Under the pieces are notes generated by a model. The model was given only the letters and a program-made list of their open reading frames with translations, made no database searches and was not told the origin of the DNA. Positions 10,326 to 19,924 of a stretch of 42,504 nt of DNA are shown one piece after another. The position numbers and the translations under genes were made by a program. This DNA comes from an uncultured Prevotella sp. GTDB taxonomy: Bacteria > Bacillota > Clostridia > Christensenellales > UBA1242. Location of the stretch: the NCBI GenBank assembly GCA_964370495.1, contig CAYJJH010000002.1, forward strand, positions 1 through 42,504, in the 5' to 3' direction. Each line of letters opens with the position of its first letter. Position 1 is the first letter of the stretch.

Positions 10326-12089
10326 ATGAATAAATATGATGTTATTGTTATTGGTGGCGGACACGCTGGATGTGAAGCGGCCGTAATTTCTGCTAAACTA
10401 GGTAAGTCTACATTGCTTGCTACATTAAATATTAAAAGCATTGGACTACTTCCCTGCAACCCTTCTATTGGAGGAACTGCCAAAGGTCACCTGGTTTGTG
10501 AAATTGACGCACTGGGCGGAATAATGGGACAGGTTACAGACAAAGCCGCAATACAGATTCGTATGTTAAACGAAGGAAAAGGCGCAGCAGTAAGAAGCCT
10601 TCGCGCACAGGTGGATAAATCGAAATATCATACCGAGATGATGAAGGTACTTAAATCCACGCCTAACCTTACTATATTAGAGGGCGAATGTACAAAACTA
10701 TTAAAAGACGGGGACAAGATTACAGGCGTAGTTATAAATGATAATGAGATACAATGTAAATCCGTTGTATTGGCTACTGGTACATATTTAGACAGTAAAA
10801 TATTTATTGGCGATAGCGTTACATCTTCTGGCCCTGCTGGACTTAAAAATGCTATGCACTTAACAAAGTCATTGGTAGATATGGGGATAGAGGTTCGTAG
10901 ATTCAAAACAGGAACACCAGCAAGATTGGATATAGAATCAATTGATTTTGATAAAACCGAAGTGCAGCACGGAAATGACAACATAAGACCGTTTTCATTT
11001 ATGTCTAAGCAATCAATTAAAAACTTATTACCTTGTCATTTAACCTATACCAATCCAACCACACATCAAATCATTAAAGATAATATAAAAACTTCTGCTA
11101 TGTACAGCGGACTTATTTCTGGCGTTGGCCCAAGATACTGCCCAAGTATTGAAGATAAAATAATGCGCTTTCCCGACAGAACCAGACATCAGGTTTTTCT
11201 TGAACCCGAAACACTGGACGGAAAAGAAATATATTTACAGGGTATGTCTACTTCAATGCCAGAAGAAATTCAAAACAAATTTATTCACTCTGTAAATGGA
11301 CTTGAAAATGCAAAAATAATTCGCCCAGGTTATGCAATCGAATATGACTGTATTAACCCACTTGAATTACTTCCTACGCTTAAACACAAAAAATATAATG
11401 GGCTTTATTTTGCGGGTCAAATAAACGGAACCAGTGGATACGAAGAAGCAGCGGCCCAAGGGTTACTTGCCGGGATTAATGCCAGCAGATACATTGATGG
11501 CAAAGAGCATTTAACACTATCCCGAACAAATTCATATATCGGCGTATTAACCAGCGATCTTACAACAGACGGCACAATAGAACCTTACCGAATGTTTACG
11601 GCAAGAGCCGAATATCGTTTGTCTTTACGTCAAGATAATGCGGATGAAAGATTAACTCCAATCGGAAATTCTTTTGGTACAATAGACAATAAGAGATTTA
11701 CGGCCTTTACAAAAAAACAAGACCAACTTAATAAGATACGAAACAGATTAACGCAAAATATAATCACCCAGGTTCGAAGGCCAGATAAAACACTTTCGGA
11801 CTTCATAAAAGACGAACCCTTAGATTTATTAGAACAAATCAGTACGGAAATAAAATACTCTGGCTACATAGCCAGGGAGCAAAGTGCAATCGCAGAGATT
11901 AAAAGACAAGAGGCCACTGCTCTGTCCCCAAATCAAGATTACACCAAAATACTTGGACTAAGAAAAGAAGCCCAAATAAAATTGCAAAATGTTAAACCTA
12001 TAAATGTTGGACAAGCAAGTAGAATTTCCGGGGTTACACCCGCGGATATTACAGTTCTGCTTATATATTTAAGAAAGAAAAAATTATAA
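10326..12089 (+). CDS. mnmG: tRNA uridine 5-carboxymethylaminomethyl modification enzyme MnmG (GidA)
   Basis: FAD motif VIVIGGGHAGCEAA, then GPRYCPSIEDK and FFAGQINGTSGYEEAAAQG. 587 aa. A GGGGAA SD is present. Confidence 0.95.
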   Translation: MNKYDVIVIGGGHAGCEAAVISAKLGKSTLLATLNIKSIGLLPCNPSIGGTAKGHLVCEIDALGGIMGQVTDKAAIQIRMLNEGKGAAVRSLRAQVDKSKYHTEMMKVLKSTPNLTILEGECTKLLKDGDKITGVVINDNEIQCKSVVLATGTYLDSKIFIGDSVTSSGPAGLKNAMHLTKSLVDMGIEVRRFKTGTPARLDIESIDFDKTEVQHGNDNIRPFSFMSKQSIKNLLPCHLTYTNPTTHQIIKDNIKTSAMYSGLISGVGPRYCPSIEDKIMRFPDRTRHQVFLEPETLDGKEIYLQGMSTSMPEEIQNKFIHSVNGLENAKIIRPGYAIEYDCINPLELLPTLKHKKYNGLYFAGQINGTSGYEEAAAQGLLAGINASRYIDGKEHLTLSRTNSYIGVLTSDLTTDGTIEPYRMFTARAEYRLSLRQDNADERLTPIGNSFGTIDNKRFTAFTKKQDQLNKIRNRLTQNIITQVRRPDKTLSDFIKDEPLDLLEQISTEIKYSGYIAREQSAIAEIKRQEATALSPNQDYTKILGLRKEAQIKLQNVKPINVGQASRISGVTPADITVLLIYLRKKKL

Positions 12090-12629
12090 TTCTTTAAGAC
12101 GTTGTGTTAAAAGATTTTTAGTAGCACCTGACTTCATTTTAGAAACAAAATCGAAAAGTAATATGGTTTGTTTATGGTTAAGTGTAGCTTTCTTTGTACC
12201 TGTTTTACCCATAGAAAGTTCGAATACTTTATCTACGATAGCCTTCATTCTTTCAGCAAAATCACCTGTTTGATTATTTTTTATAACTCTAAGCAATTCT
12301 TCCGCTTCATTGATTTTTGAACCAACTATAAGTGAAGCAACAAACACTAAATTAGCGCCTGTACAACTTTCAGGGCTTACACCGTAAACCAACTTAGACA
12401 ATAATGCACTTGATAAAATGCTGGCTTTTAATTTACTTTCAGAAACTTTTTCAAGCATAGCAAATACATCGCTTCCAGAGAAAGAATTTGTGTCCGCATT
12501 CAATTTATATTCCCATACATCAACAGCAGTAGCAAAATCTATGCCAGCAAGTTCACGTAATGCATCCAAATTGTTTGTATTTGCAACATTTATTATAAGT
12601 TCATATTTTCTTAATTCTTTATTATTCAT
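12084..12629 (-). CDS. hypothetical soluble protein (181 aa, apparently all-helical)
   Basis: Long clean ORF with its own promoter-like element. No family recognised. Its stop overlaps the mnmG stop within the palindrome TTATAA. Confidence 0.6.
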   Translation of the reverse strand: MNNKELRKYELIINVANTNNLDALRELAGIDFATAVDVWEYKLNADTNSFSGSDVFAMLEKVSESKLKASILSSALLSKLVYGVSPESCTGANLVFVASLIVGSKINEAEELLRVIKNNQTGDFAERMKAIVDKVFELSMGKTGTKKATLNHKQTILLFDFVSKMKSGATKNLLTQRLKEL

Positions 12630-12636
12630 AGTAGTT

Positions 12637-12665
12637 ATTATATTATAAAGCTCTTATTTTGACAA
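12637..12665 (-). promoter_or_regulatory. sigma-A-like promoter positioned for a leaderless transcript of the 181-aa ORF
   Basis: Minus strand: TTGTCA (12665-12660, inside the lysK 3' end), 17 nt, TATAAT (12642-12637), 7 nt, ATG at 12629. Confidence 0.5.
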
Positions 12666-14219
12666 CAATTTAAGATAAAATTCTTTATCAGAAGCAGATA
12701 AAAATAGATATAATCTTGGACCATCATCACGTCCAAATAGCATTTGATAAAATACCTTAAATGCTTTTTGTTGGCGAAGTTGATTTTCTTTTTTGCTTGC
12801 ATTAGGATCATTTATTATTTGATATAAAAATTCCTGTATTTCTTTCTCTGTATGTTTGTCATTAAGAAAAGCACTTAGTTTTTTCAAAATTTCTTTTTCT
12901 TCATCATTTAATGTTTTGTAAACTTCTTCATTAAATTCTGTAAGTGGTTTATAAATTCTTTCAGGCATATAATTTTCAAGCCAAAATTTTACACTTTCAA
13001 AACGATTATCAAAATTATTAAGACTGGTAACACCGGCTTGCTTTAACATTTTTTTGGTTAGTTCTTTATTAAACCCTGATAACGGAGCCACAGTAGCAAG
13101 CGCACCGAAACTTACCCTGTCGCCTTTGCTTCCCTTCATTAAACATAAATCAAAAACAGTTTTATTATATTCTCCAATACTTTCATCTCCAGCAAGATAT
13201 TTATCCAAGTATCTGTCAAATTCCATATAATGCCTTACGATAGTATCATCAAAACCAAAATCAAAAGCATCACCCACGGGATATTTTGCATACAGATATC
13301 TTAGAATTTCTGGTTCATAAACCTTTAATAATTGATTTGGGGTAATATTGATTCCACTACTGCTGTGCATATCACCCACCCCACGAATACCAACCCAAGC
13401 ATAACAAGCAGAAACTGGTGGATTACTTTTCCATATTTCACGAGAGATTTTGGAACCCACATCAAAACTTCCGCCTTCGCTGTGGTGATCAATACCCGCT
13501 GCTTCAAAACATACATTCTCGGCTTTCCAACGCATTGGCCAATCTACCTTCCAAACCAACTTAATATTATCAGCGACTTTAACATCTACTTTATGTTTCT
13601 CTCCGCAAGCACATTGATATTCAAGCTCATCTGTTTTTTCATTAAAGCCCAAAACTTTTACGCTGTCCTTTCCACATTTTTTACAATATATTGAAACAGG
13701 ATAATAGCTTTCACGCTCTCCTTCACTTCCGTCCTGTGTCTTGAATGACATTATTACATCATATATTTCTTTTCTTTTTTTAATTGCAAAAGCAATTTCC
13801 TTACCGTATCGTCCACTTCTATATTCATCTGCTTGGTATATCATTTGGACTGGGATCTCGTTCATGCCAAGTCTTTCTAATGCATTTTCAAATTCTCTTT
13901 CGAAATACTTTGCACTGCTTTCATTTTCGCTGTATGGAGATGGAATATCTACATATGGCTTCCCGATATGCACAGAGTAATCCGCAGGAAAATTTTTAGG
14001 CACCTTACGGAATCTATCAAACTCATCCCAAGAGAAAATTTCTCTGGCATTTTTCCCCATACTTTTTAATGCTTTAGCAACATAATACTGCGTAACAAAC
14101 TCTCTGTAATTTCCAATGTGTACACTGCCTGACGGGGATATCCCACTGGCTACCACATATTCTTTTTGATTTGGATATTTTTTTAATATCTCATTCGCTA
14201 TTTCTATACTCCAATGCAT
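12654..14219 (-). CDS. lysK: class I lysyl-tRNA synthetase (archaeal-type LysRS)
   Basis: MHW..IA..I then SGISPSGSVHIGNYREF (HIGH-type motif), WDEFDRFRKVP, KVDWPMRWK and C-terminal GPRLYLFL all fit class I LysRS. It does not resemble class II LysS. 521 aa. Confidence 0.88.
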   Translation of the reverse strand: MHWSIEIANEILKKYPNQKEYVVASGISPSGSVHIGNYREFVTQYYVAKALKSMGKNAREIFSWDEFDRFRKVPKNFPADYSVHIGKPYVDIPSPYSENESSAKYFEREFENALERLGMNEIPVQMIYQADEYRSGRYGKEIAFAIKKRKEIYDVIMSFKTQDGSEGERESYYPVSIYCKKCGKDSVKVLGFNEKTDELEYQCACGEKHKVDVKVADNIKLVWKVDWPMRWKAENVCFEAAGIDHHSEGGSFDVGSKISREIWKSNPPVSACYAWVGIRGVGDMHSSSGINITPNQLLKVYEPEILRYLYAKYPVGDAFDFGFDDTIVRHYMEFDRYLDKYLAGDESIGEYNKTVFDLCLMKGSKGDRVSFGALATVAPLSGFNKELTKKMLKQAGVTSLNNFDNRFESVKFWLENYMPERIYKPLTEFNEEVYKTLNDEEKEILKKLSAFLNDKHTEKEIQEFLYQIINDPNASKKENQLRQQKAFKVFYQMLFGRDDGPRLYLFLSASDKEFYLKLLSK

Positions 14220-14226
14220 AACTTAT

Positions 14227-14255
14227 ATTTTATAATTTTTTATGCAAAAAAGCAA
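14227..14255 (-). promoter_or_regulatory. sigma-A-like promoter positioned for a leaderless lysK transcript
   Basis: Minus strand: TTGCTT (14255-14250), 17 nt, TAAAAT (14232-14227), 7 nt, ATG at 14219. Confidence 0.45.
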
Positions 14256-14266
14256 ATAATAACTCT

Positions 14267-15394
14267 ATGCCGAAAAAACAACAACCAGTCCCAAAGCGCG
14301 GGGTCGCAGAACCACCAACCAGCCAGGTTCTTATTGGACCCAGGGAAGGCTTTATCGAAGACATAAATAGCAATGTAGATTTTCTAAAAAAAAGAATCAA
14401 ACATAGCGCGCTTAAATTCAAAAGTTTCACAGTAGGTAGATATACACAAACACAAATTCAAATTGCTTACATAGAAGGAATTGCCGAAAAAGAAGTTTTA
14501 GCTGAAGTAATAGATAAAGTTAGCAACATTGATATAGATGGAATTATTGACTCCTCCTACATAGCTGATTTTCTTGAACCTAAAAATTCACTATTATATA
14601 AAGTAGCCAGCATGGAAGAGAAACCTGACATAGTGTCTGCAAAATTATTAGAAGGTCGAATAGCAATTCTTGTAGACGGAAGCCCAATTGTGCTTTGCAT
14701 ACCTCACCTGTTTTTAGAAAACATACAAAACAGCAATGATTATTATGGTTCGGCATCTGGCGTTTCATTTAAGAGGATGATACGTTTGTTGGGTGGCTTT
14801 ATTGCTATTTTTTTACCTGGCTTTTATCTGGCACTTGCATTGTATCATTTACCTATTATTCCGTTTGATACCCTTTCATCTATCGCAAACAGTGGCGGAA
14901 ACAATCTTTTCCCACCCATACTTGAAATGCTTTTCGTACTGCTTTTATTTGACATCATAAGCGAAGCCACGGTTATTATGCCAAAGCAACTGGGCTCTAC
15001 TATCAGTATTGTTGCGATATTCGTGCTTGGCGATGTCGCAGCCAGCGTAGGATTGGTTTCTGCACCAACTATTCTTGTTGTAGCTATATCTATAATTACG
15101 GCTTATATATTGCCTAATCTTATTTCTCAAATAAGCTTGGTTCGTTTTATTCTCTGTATTGTTGGGGGACTTCTGGGGTTATTTGGACTTGTAATTTGTT
15201 TAGTTCTTTTATTAATTTATACGGCTGGAATTGATAATTTCGGGTCGCCATATCTTGCGCCTTTTGCACCATACATACCCGCAGATCAAAAGGATGCAAT
15301 TTCTAAGGTCCCTTTACCCGATATGACAACCAGACCACGCAGCATTCCCAATATAAACCCAACACGATCCAAAAAACCAAAGGAGGCTAAATGA
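14267..15394 (+). CDS. GerA-family spore germination protein, A-subunit type, lacking the usual N-terminal domain
   Basis: EPPTSQVLIGPREGFIEDINSNVDFLKKRI aligns with the TEP..VIRGP..F.E region that begins around residue 130 of B. subtilis GerAA. The C-terminal multi-TM region is present. 375 aa. Confidence 0.8.
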   Translation: MPKKQQPVPKRGVAEPPTSQVLIGPREGFIEDINSNVDFLKKRIKHSALKFKSFTVGRYTQTQIQIAYIEGIAEKEVLAEVIDKVSNIDIDGIIDSSYIADFLEPKNSLLYKVASMEEKPDIVSAKLLEGRIAILVDGSPIVLCIPHLFLENIQNSNDYYGSASGVSFKRMIRLLGGFIAIFLPGFYLALALYHLPIIPFDTLSSIANSGGNNLFPPILEMLFVLLLFDIISEATVIMPKQLGSTISIVAIFVLGDVAASVGLVSAPTILVVAISIITAYILPNLISQISLVRFILCIVGGLLGLFGLVICLVLLLIYTAGIDNFGSPYLAPFAPYIPADQKDAISKVPLPDMTTRPRSIPNINPTRSKKPKEAK

Positions 15395-16260
15395 AACATA
15401 GTAAAGAAAAAATAAATATTCGGCAGCTTTGTATATTTTATTTTATATATTCATTATCCATAAAGTTATTGTCATTGCCCTCTATACTTGCACAAGGCTC
15501 TGGCAATCTGGCTTGGATGTCGGCCTTGATTGGAATTTCTTTTGAAATCATAACTGTATTTATTGCCACTCTACTATTGCGCTTATTAAAAAACAAGAGC
15601 TTAAGTATGAAAATAATTTGTATATTACTTATACCACCGCTTGCATATGGTATTTGGATTACATGTCTTGAACTGAAAAAAATTGCATATGACAATTTAA
15701 CCACACAAATAAATATGACAGTTTTTGTATTGATTTTAGTTTTCATTGCTTTTTTCTTTGCTACCAGAAAAGCCAGATCGTGTTTTAGATCTGCTGAAAT
15801 ATTATGGACACTTGGGATTTTAGGCGTTATCATTGCGGTTATCCCCGCTCTTTATGATTTGAACCCAGACTTTAATTCGCTGCTTAACGGTGATTACTCT
15901 ACCGTGCTTACTGCTGCTCTACCCACTCTTATTTATTTTGAATCTGCAAGTTTTATATTAATCTTTGGATTGGACAGTTCCAGAAGCAAAAAAGATTTAA
16001 TCAAAATTAATATTACCAGCATTATTTCCGGCTTTGCCTTTGTGATTTTTATTATATTATTTATCTTACTATTTGGCTCAGTTGCTGGATATAAAACATC
16101 TGCGCTGGTTGACTTCACCACAGCAAGCAGTTTTATTACAAATACAGGGTCTTTGGATTGGTTTATTACATCTTCTATCTTAGCAATGCTTGTATTAAGA
16201 CTTAGTGCTTGCGTAACAGCAATCACCACAGTAATAAAAAATATGGGAGGCAAGCAATGA
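15391..16260 (+). CDS. GerAB-type spore germination permease-like protein (short, about 8 TM helices)
   Basis: A GGAGG SD precedes a start that overlaps the previous stop by 4 nt. The N-terminus INIRQLCIFYF..SLPSILAQGSGNLAWMSALIG matches the GerAB/APC-like start. I count 8 hydrophobic helices by eye. 289 aa. Confidence 0.7.
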   Translation: MKHSKEKINIRQLCIFYFIYSLSIKLLSLPSILAQGSGNLAWMSALIGISFEIITVFIATLLLRLLKNKSLSMKIICILLIPPLAYGIWITCLELKKIAYDNLTTQINMTVFVLILVFIAFFFATRKARSCFRSAEILWTLGILGVIIAVIPALYDLNPDFNSLLNGDYSTVLTAALPTLIYFESASFILIFGLDSSRSKKDLIKINITSIISGFAFVIFIILFILLFGSVAGYKTSALVDFTTASSFITNTGSLDWFITSSILAMLVLRLSACVTAITTVIKNMGGKQ

Positions 16261-16688
16261 TAAAAAACGCTATTCAATATATTTGGGGCAGAAAGTTCGG
16301 ATTAATACTTATTATTCTTTTAATTGTACTTTTACCAAATGGTTTCACGCGAGAGCTGCAAGTTTATACAACACAAGTAATAACCCAAATGAACATTGAC
16401 ATAAATAATAATGTTATTGATATTTCAGCAAAGCAACTTAAACCTTCACCAGATGAAAAGACCACACAATACGAAGAGGTAACATTCAACGGAACAGATA
16501 TAAAGCAAATATTATCCGATGTATCTTTATCACATTGCAACAGTATAGAATTTCAACAAGTGCCCAATATAGAACTTCTTAAAATGCTTTACGATTATAA
16601 TGGACTAAGGTCTAATACTTTAATAAATAATAAATGGACACTGGATGAACTGATTAAAAATCCTGATTATCGTTATCAATTATTCTAG
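16257..16688 (+). CDS. possible remnant GerAC-type subunit (143 aa, TM anchor instead of lipobox)
   Basis: A GGGAGG SD precedes an ATGA start/stop overlap with the B subunit. The position is that of a C subunit. The N-terminal helix is followed by TRELQVYTTQVITQMNIDI, which is reminiscent of the CWDRRELxDLAIV..GID start of GerAC. There is no Cys lipobox. Confidence 0.4.
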   Translation: MIKNAIQYIWGRKFGLILIILLIVLLPNGFTRELQVYTTQVITQMNIDINNNVIDISAKQLKPSPDEKTTQYEEVTFNGTDIKQILSDVSLSHCNSIEFQQVPNIELLKMLYDYNGLRSNTLINNKWTLDELIKNPDYRYQLF

Positions 16689-17109
16689 GCGTAAGCAACA
16701 TAATCAAGCCTGCAAAAATTAATATTATGCTAGGCAATAATAAATTCGTCATATTTGTAAAAAATGAACGCCATATAAATATACCTAAAATTGCTACAAA
16801 AAATAATTTATATGTAATAAACAAACTGTCAGGTTTCCAGCATTCTTTGTTTTCTATTCTTATTATAAGTACTGCAATATAATAACAAATAAAGGATACG
16901 CTAAAAATAAATACAATCACAAAAAGAACATTCCACCATGGGTTATTTGCACTGCCAAGTGGATTGGATTGGTCTAAACCAAAGTCCGTTTTAAATCTAT
17001 CCATATCTGTAAAGAAGAATAAACAGCATGCAAAAAATAATAAAAACGCAGACACCAATTTCATAATGGTAATGCCTTTATTAGATAATAGCCTTTTCTT
17101 CCCTGCCAT
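16654..17109 (-). CDS. hypothetical integral membrane protein (about 4 TM helices)
   Basis: I trimmed the ORF to ATG 17109, which lies 4 nt after the addA stop. The longer track ORF would overlap addA. The sequence is hydrophobic throughout. Confidence 0.5.
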   Translation of the reverse strand: MAGKKRLLSNKGITIMKLVSAFLLFFACCLFFFTDMDRFKTDFGLDQSNPLGSANNPWWNVLFVIVFIFSVSFICYYIAVLIIRIENKECWKPDSLFITYKLFFVAILGIFIWRSFFTNMTNLLLPSIILIFAGLIMLLTPRIIDNDNQDF

Positions 17110-17113
17110 AATA

Positions 17114-19924
17114 TTATGATACGACAATAAGTTTTTCGTGTATAGTAGAATATATATAAGTTTTAACATTATATCCAGAAACCGCATTAGCATACATAGC
17201 TAACTGCGCGCTATATCTTCGCTTTAATTCATCCTCTGTGGCTCTTGTGGTTTTATAGTCAATTATTATTGCATCATTACCATTAACGGCAAGCAAGTCA
17301 ATTATACCTTGTACAATGGTTTTATCTTGCATATAAAGAAATGGAAACTCTTTATATACTGTATAACCTTTAATTAAGTCAGTAATTATTTCTGGCAACT
17401 CTCCATATTGCATTTTCTTATGAAACATTGTTCCGTACTCTTTGCCTCCGTCTTTGCCAAATTTTGACGAAGCCACATAATCTTGATATTCTTCAGACTG
17501 ACTGGATAAGGCAGTTACGCTTTGTTTTACAAGTGTTTCATATTCCCCATTATAATCAAGTTTAATTTCTTCTTGGTTTTGACTTTGCATATTATCTTGC
17601 TTAATTTCGCTAGCTTCAACATCTTCCAGATATTCAGCATTTACAGGGTTAATTAAGTCCAGCATACATTTATCCATTCTAATACCTGTTTGTTTTTTCC
17701 ACTGCCCAACAATATATAAACTATCCTCGGCTCTGGTAAGTGCGACATACAGCAATCTTATTTTTTCTTCTCTCTCGATCTTTTTCATTTTTTTGTCTAT
17801 GCCGGCTCTTAATATATTATTTCGTTTAACATAATTTTCTGTATCAGCAGATAATACGCAAATACCCATTTTACGATGAATAGATATTTGAGCCCTACCA
17901 CCTTTTCTTGACCATAGATCGCCCATATTAAATAAAATTACAGCAGGGAATTCAAGCCCCTTTGAATGATGTATAGTCATAAGTTTAACCGCATTACCCG
18001 ACTTAGAAGATGTATTAATTTCTATTTTAACCATATCGTGCAGTATCAAATATAAATACCTGGCTACACTGTCAAAAGCGTTTATATTTTTTATTGCGGA
18101 CAAAAAGCAATCAACAACAGGATTATCTAGGTATCCAAATTCAGTAGCTATCATAGTAAGTATTTCAAAAACAGATAGACTTCTGGATAGCTCTGTATAT
18201 TTTTTAATTACTTCTTCCCTGTTATCTGGCTTTTTTAGGCCAAGATTGATTTTGGCAATATCATCATTTGAATACCCGAATAATGCCTTTCTGGTAATAA
18301 ACATAGCCATCTCGTTCGTAGGGTTAGCAGCCGCAAATAAAAAGTTATTAAGCACAACAATTTCCGGTTCCTGCAAGGCATCAACCGATCTATCCACAGC
18401 GCAAGGGATTCCACGCTCTGATAAATAATTTTTAAGATCAGCAAAATGCGTAGTGGATTCAGATAATATCGCTATGTCTTTATACTCACCATTATATTTT
18501 TTTATTTGTCTATAAACTAACTCCATTTGCTCTGGCACACTGTTTGTTAATTCTATTTTAACTTTATCTTCCTTGGGTTCTTCTTCCACAATAAATTTAT
18601 GTTTCTGTTGATAATCTTTTATCAATGGATTACAAACCGAATTTACAAAACCTAAGATAGTAGAATTAGACCTAAAATTTTTATTAAATGGAATAACCTG
18701 CATAAGTTCTTCCATTCCTACGTCTTCAAATATATCAGGTTCACAACCACGGAAACCATAAATACTTTGTTTAATATCGCCTACAATATAAAAGAATTTA
18801 TCTTCACCACGCAAGATATTTATAATTTCAAATTGCACGGGATTTGTATCTTGCCCCTCGTCCACAAAAATGTATTTATATTTTGCGCGTATACCTTCTC
18901 TGGCTTCTTTGTTGGATAATATTTTCAAGGTATAGCGTTCAAGATCCGAGAAGTCTAATTTCTTCAATTCTTGTTTTTTCTCTTTATATCGCTGCATAAA
19001 ATCTTTGGCCAACAAAACAAGCTGCCTTGCAATTTCGCTGTCCTCTGTTATATTTTTTTTCACATCATCAATTGGCTCTGCAAAATATTTTTGAAGTTCA
19101 TAAAATAAATCTTTGAAGTCATTACGCAGTTTATGAAATTCTTCATAAAGGATAAAATCTTTTTCTTTTTTAATATCCGGGAATTTTGGCATTTGTGATA
19201 ATAGATGCAAATCTTGATATGTTTTTGCATTTATAATTTTATTTGCTAGATCTATGACAAAATCCACCTGAGCCGATTTATGATTAAAATCAATAAACTC
19301 TTTTCTGTACTGCTCTGCACTTTCTTTGTAATAATTTATAAGCTCATTTATGGCTTGGTTGCTGTTTATATTTTTGTCGTAACAAAGTAATGCTGTTTTA
19401 TCAAGCCATAGATCTGCATCTTTACGCGTTTCAAGAAAGTCACATAGTTTGTATACAACATCGCAAAGACCATCAGTTTTTCTGGCAGAGCAAAATAAAT
19501 CAATAACCTGTTTTGCATCTTTATACCTTTCCAATATTGTTTCATTTATTAAAATATCTGCTTTTATTTTTTTGCTTTCTATTTCATCAAGAACAGCAAA
19601 GCTTGGGCTTACATCTGCTACGGAAAACCAGCTGCGTATTACATTAGCGCAAAAACCGTGAAAAGTTCCAATTGATGCTGCTTGTAAATCTGTATTTGAA
19701 ATTTTATCCCCTAAGCCTTTTTTTAATTTTCTTTTCATATCCTTAGCAGATTCTTCGGTAAATGTAAGCACCAAAAGTTCTTCCAATGTCGCACTTTTCT
19801 TTTCCAGTATCTGAATAATACGCATTATCATGGTGGTCGTCTTCCCACTGCCTGCGCTTGCTGATATCAATAACTTATTAGATTTAGAATCTATTGCCTG
19901 TTGTTGTGATTTAGTATTTATCAT
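17114..19924 (-). CDS. addA: helicase-nuclease AddA (UvrD-like helicase plus PD-(D/E)xK nuclease), short form
   Basis: Walker A ASAGSGKTTTM, VDEGQDTNPVQ, and the C-terminal nuclease motif GIIDLL..IIIDYKT. A GGGGGTGA SD is present. Its start overlaps the addB stop by 4 nt. 936 aa. Confidence 0.9.
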   Translation of the reverse strand: MINTKSQQQAIDSKSNKLLISASAGSGKTTTMIMRIIQILEKKSATLEELLVLTFTEESAKDMKRKLKKGLGDKISNTDLQAASIGTFHGFCANVIRSWFSVADVSPSFAVLDEIESKKIKADILINETILERYKDAKQVIDLFCSARKTDGLCDVVYKLCDFLETRKDADLWLDKTALLCYDKNINSNQAINELINYYKESAEQYRKEFIDFNHKSAQVDFVIDLANKIINAKTYQDLHLLSQMPKFPDIKKEKDFILYEEFHKLRNDFKDLFYELQKYFAEPIDDVKKNITEDSEIARQLVLLAKDFMQRYKEKKQELKKLDFSDLERYTLKILSNKEAREGIRAKYKYIFVDEGQDTNPVQFEIINILRGEDKFFYIVGDIKQSIYGFRGCEPDIFEDVGMEELMQVIPFNKNFRSNSTILGFVNSVCNPLIKDYQQKHKFIVEEEPKEDKVKIELTNSVPEQMELVYRQIKKYNGEYKDIAILSESTTHFADLKNYLSERGIPCAVDRSVDALQEPEIVVLNNFLFAAANPTNEMAMFITRKALFGYSNDDIAKINLGLKKPDNREEVIKKYTELSRSLSVFEILTMIATEFGYLDNPVVDCFLSAIKNINAFDSVARYLYLILHDMVKIEINTSSKSGNAVKLMTIHHSKGLEFPAVILFNMGDLWSRKGGRAQISIHRKMGICVLSADTENYVKRNNILRAGIDKKMKKIEREEKIRLLYVALTRAEDSLYIVGQWKKQTGIRMDKCMLDLINPVNAEYLEDVEASEIKQDNMQSQNQEEIKLDYNGEYETLVKQSVTALSSQSEEYQDYVASSKFGKDGGKEYGTMFHKKMQYGELPEIITDLIKGYTVYKEFPFLYMQDKTIVQGIIDLLAVNGNDAIIIDYKTTRATEDELKRRYSAQLAMYANAVSGYNVKTYIYSTIHEKLIVVS

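Noticed and set aside
14220-14266. Looked for a T-box or other leader RNA upstream of lysK, and for sigma-G/sigma-F promoter motifs upstream of the ger operon.
   Set aside because: The whole divergent spacer is 47 nt, which is too short for a T-box (about 200 nt). I could not place convincing GCATA-N17/18-CATnnTA-type motifs for gerAA. Only a weak AATAAT-N6-ATG is present.
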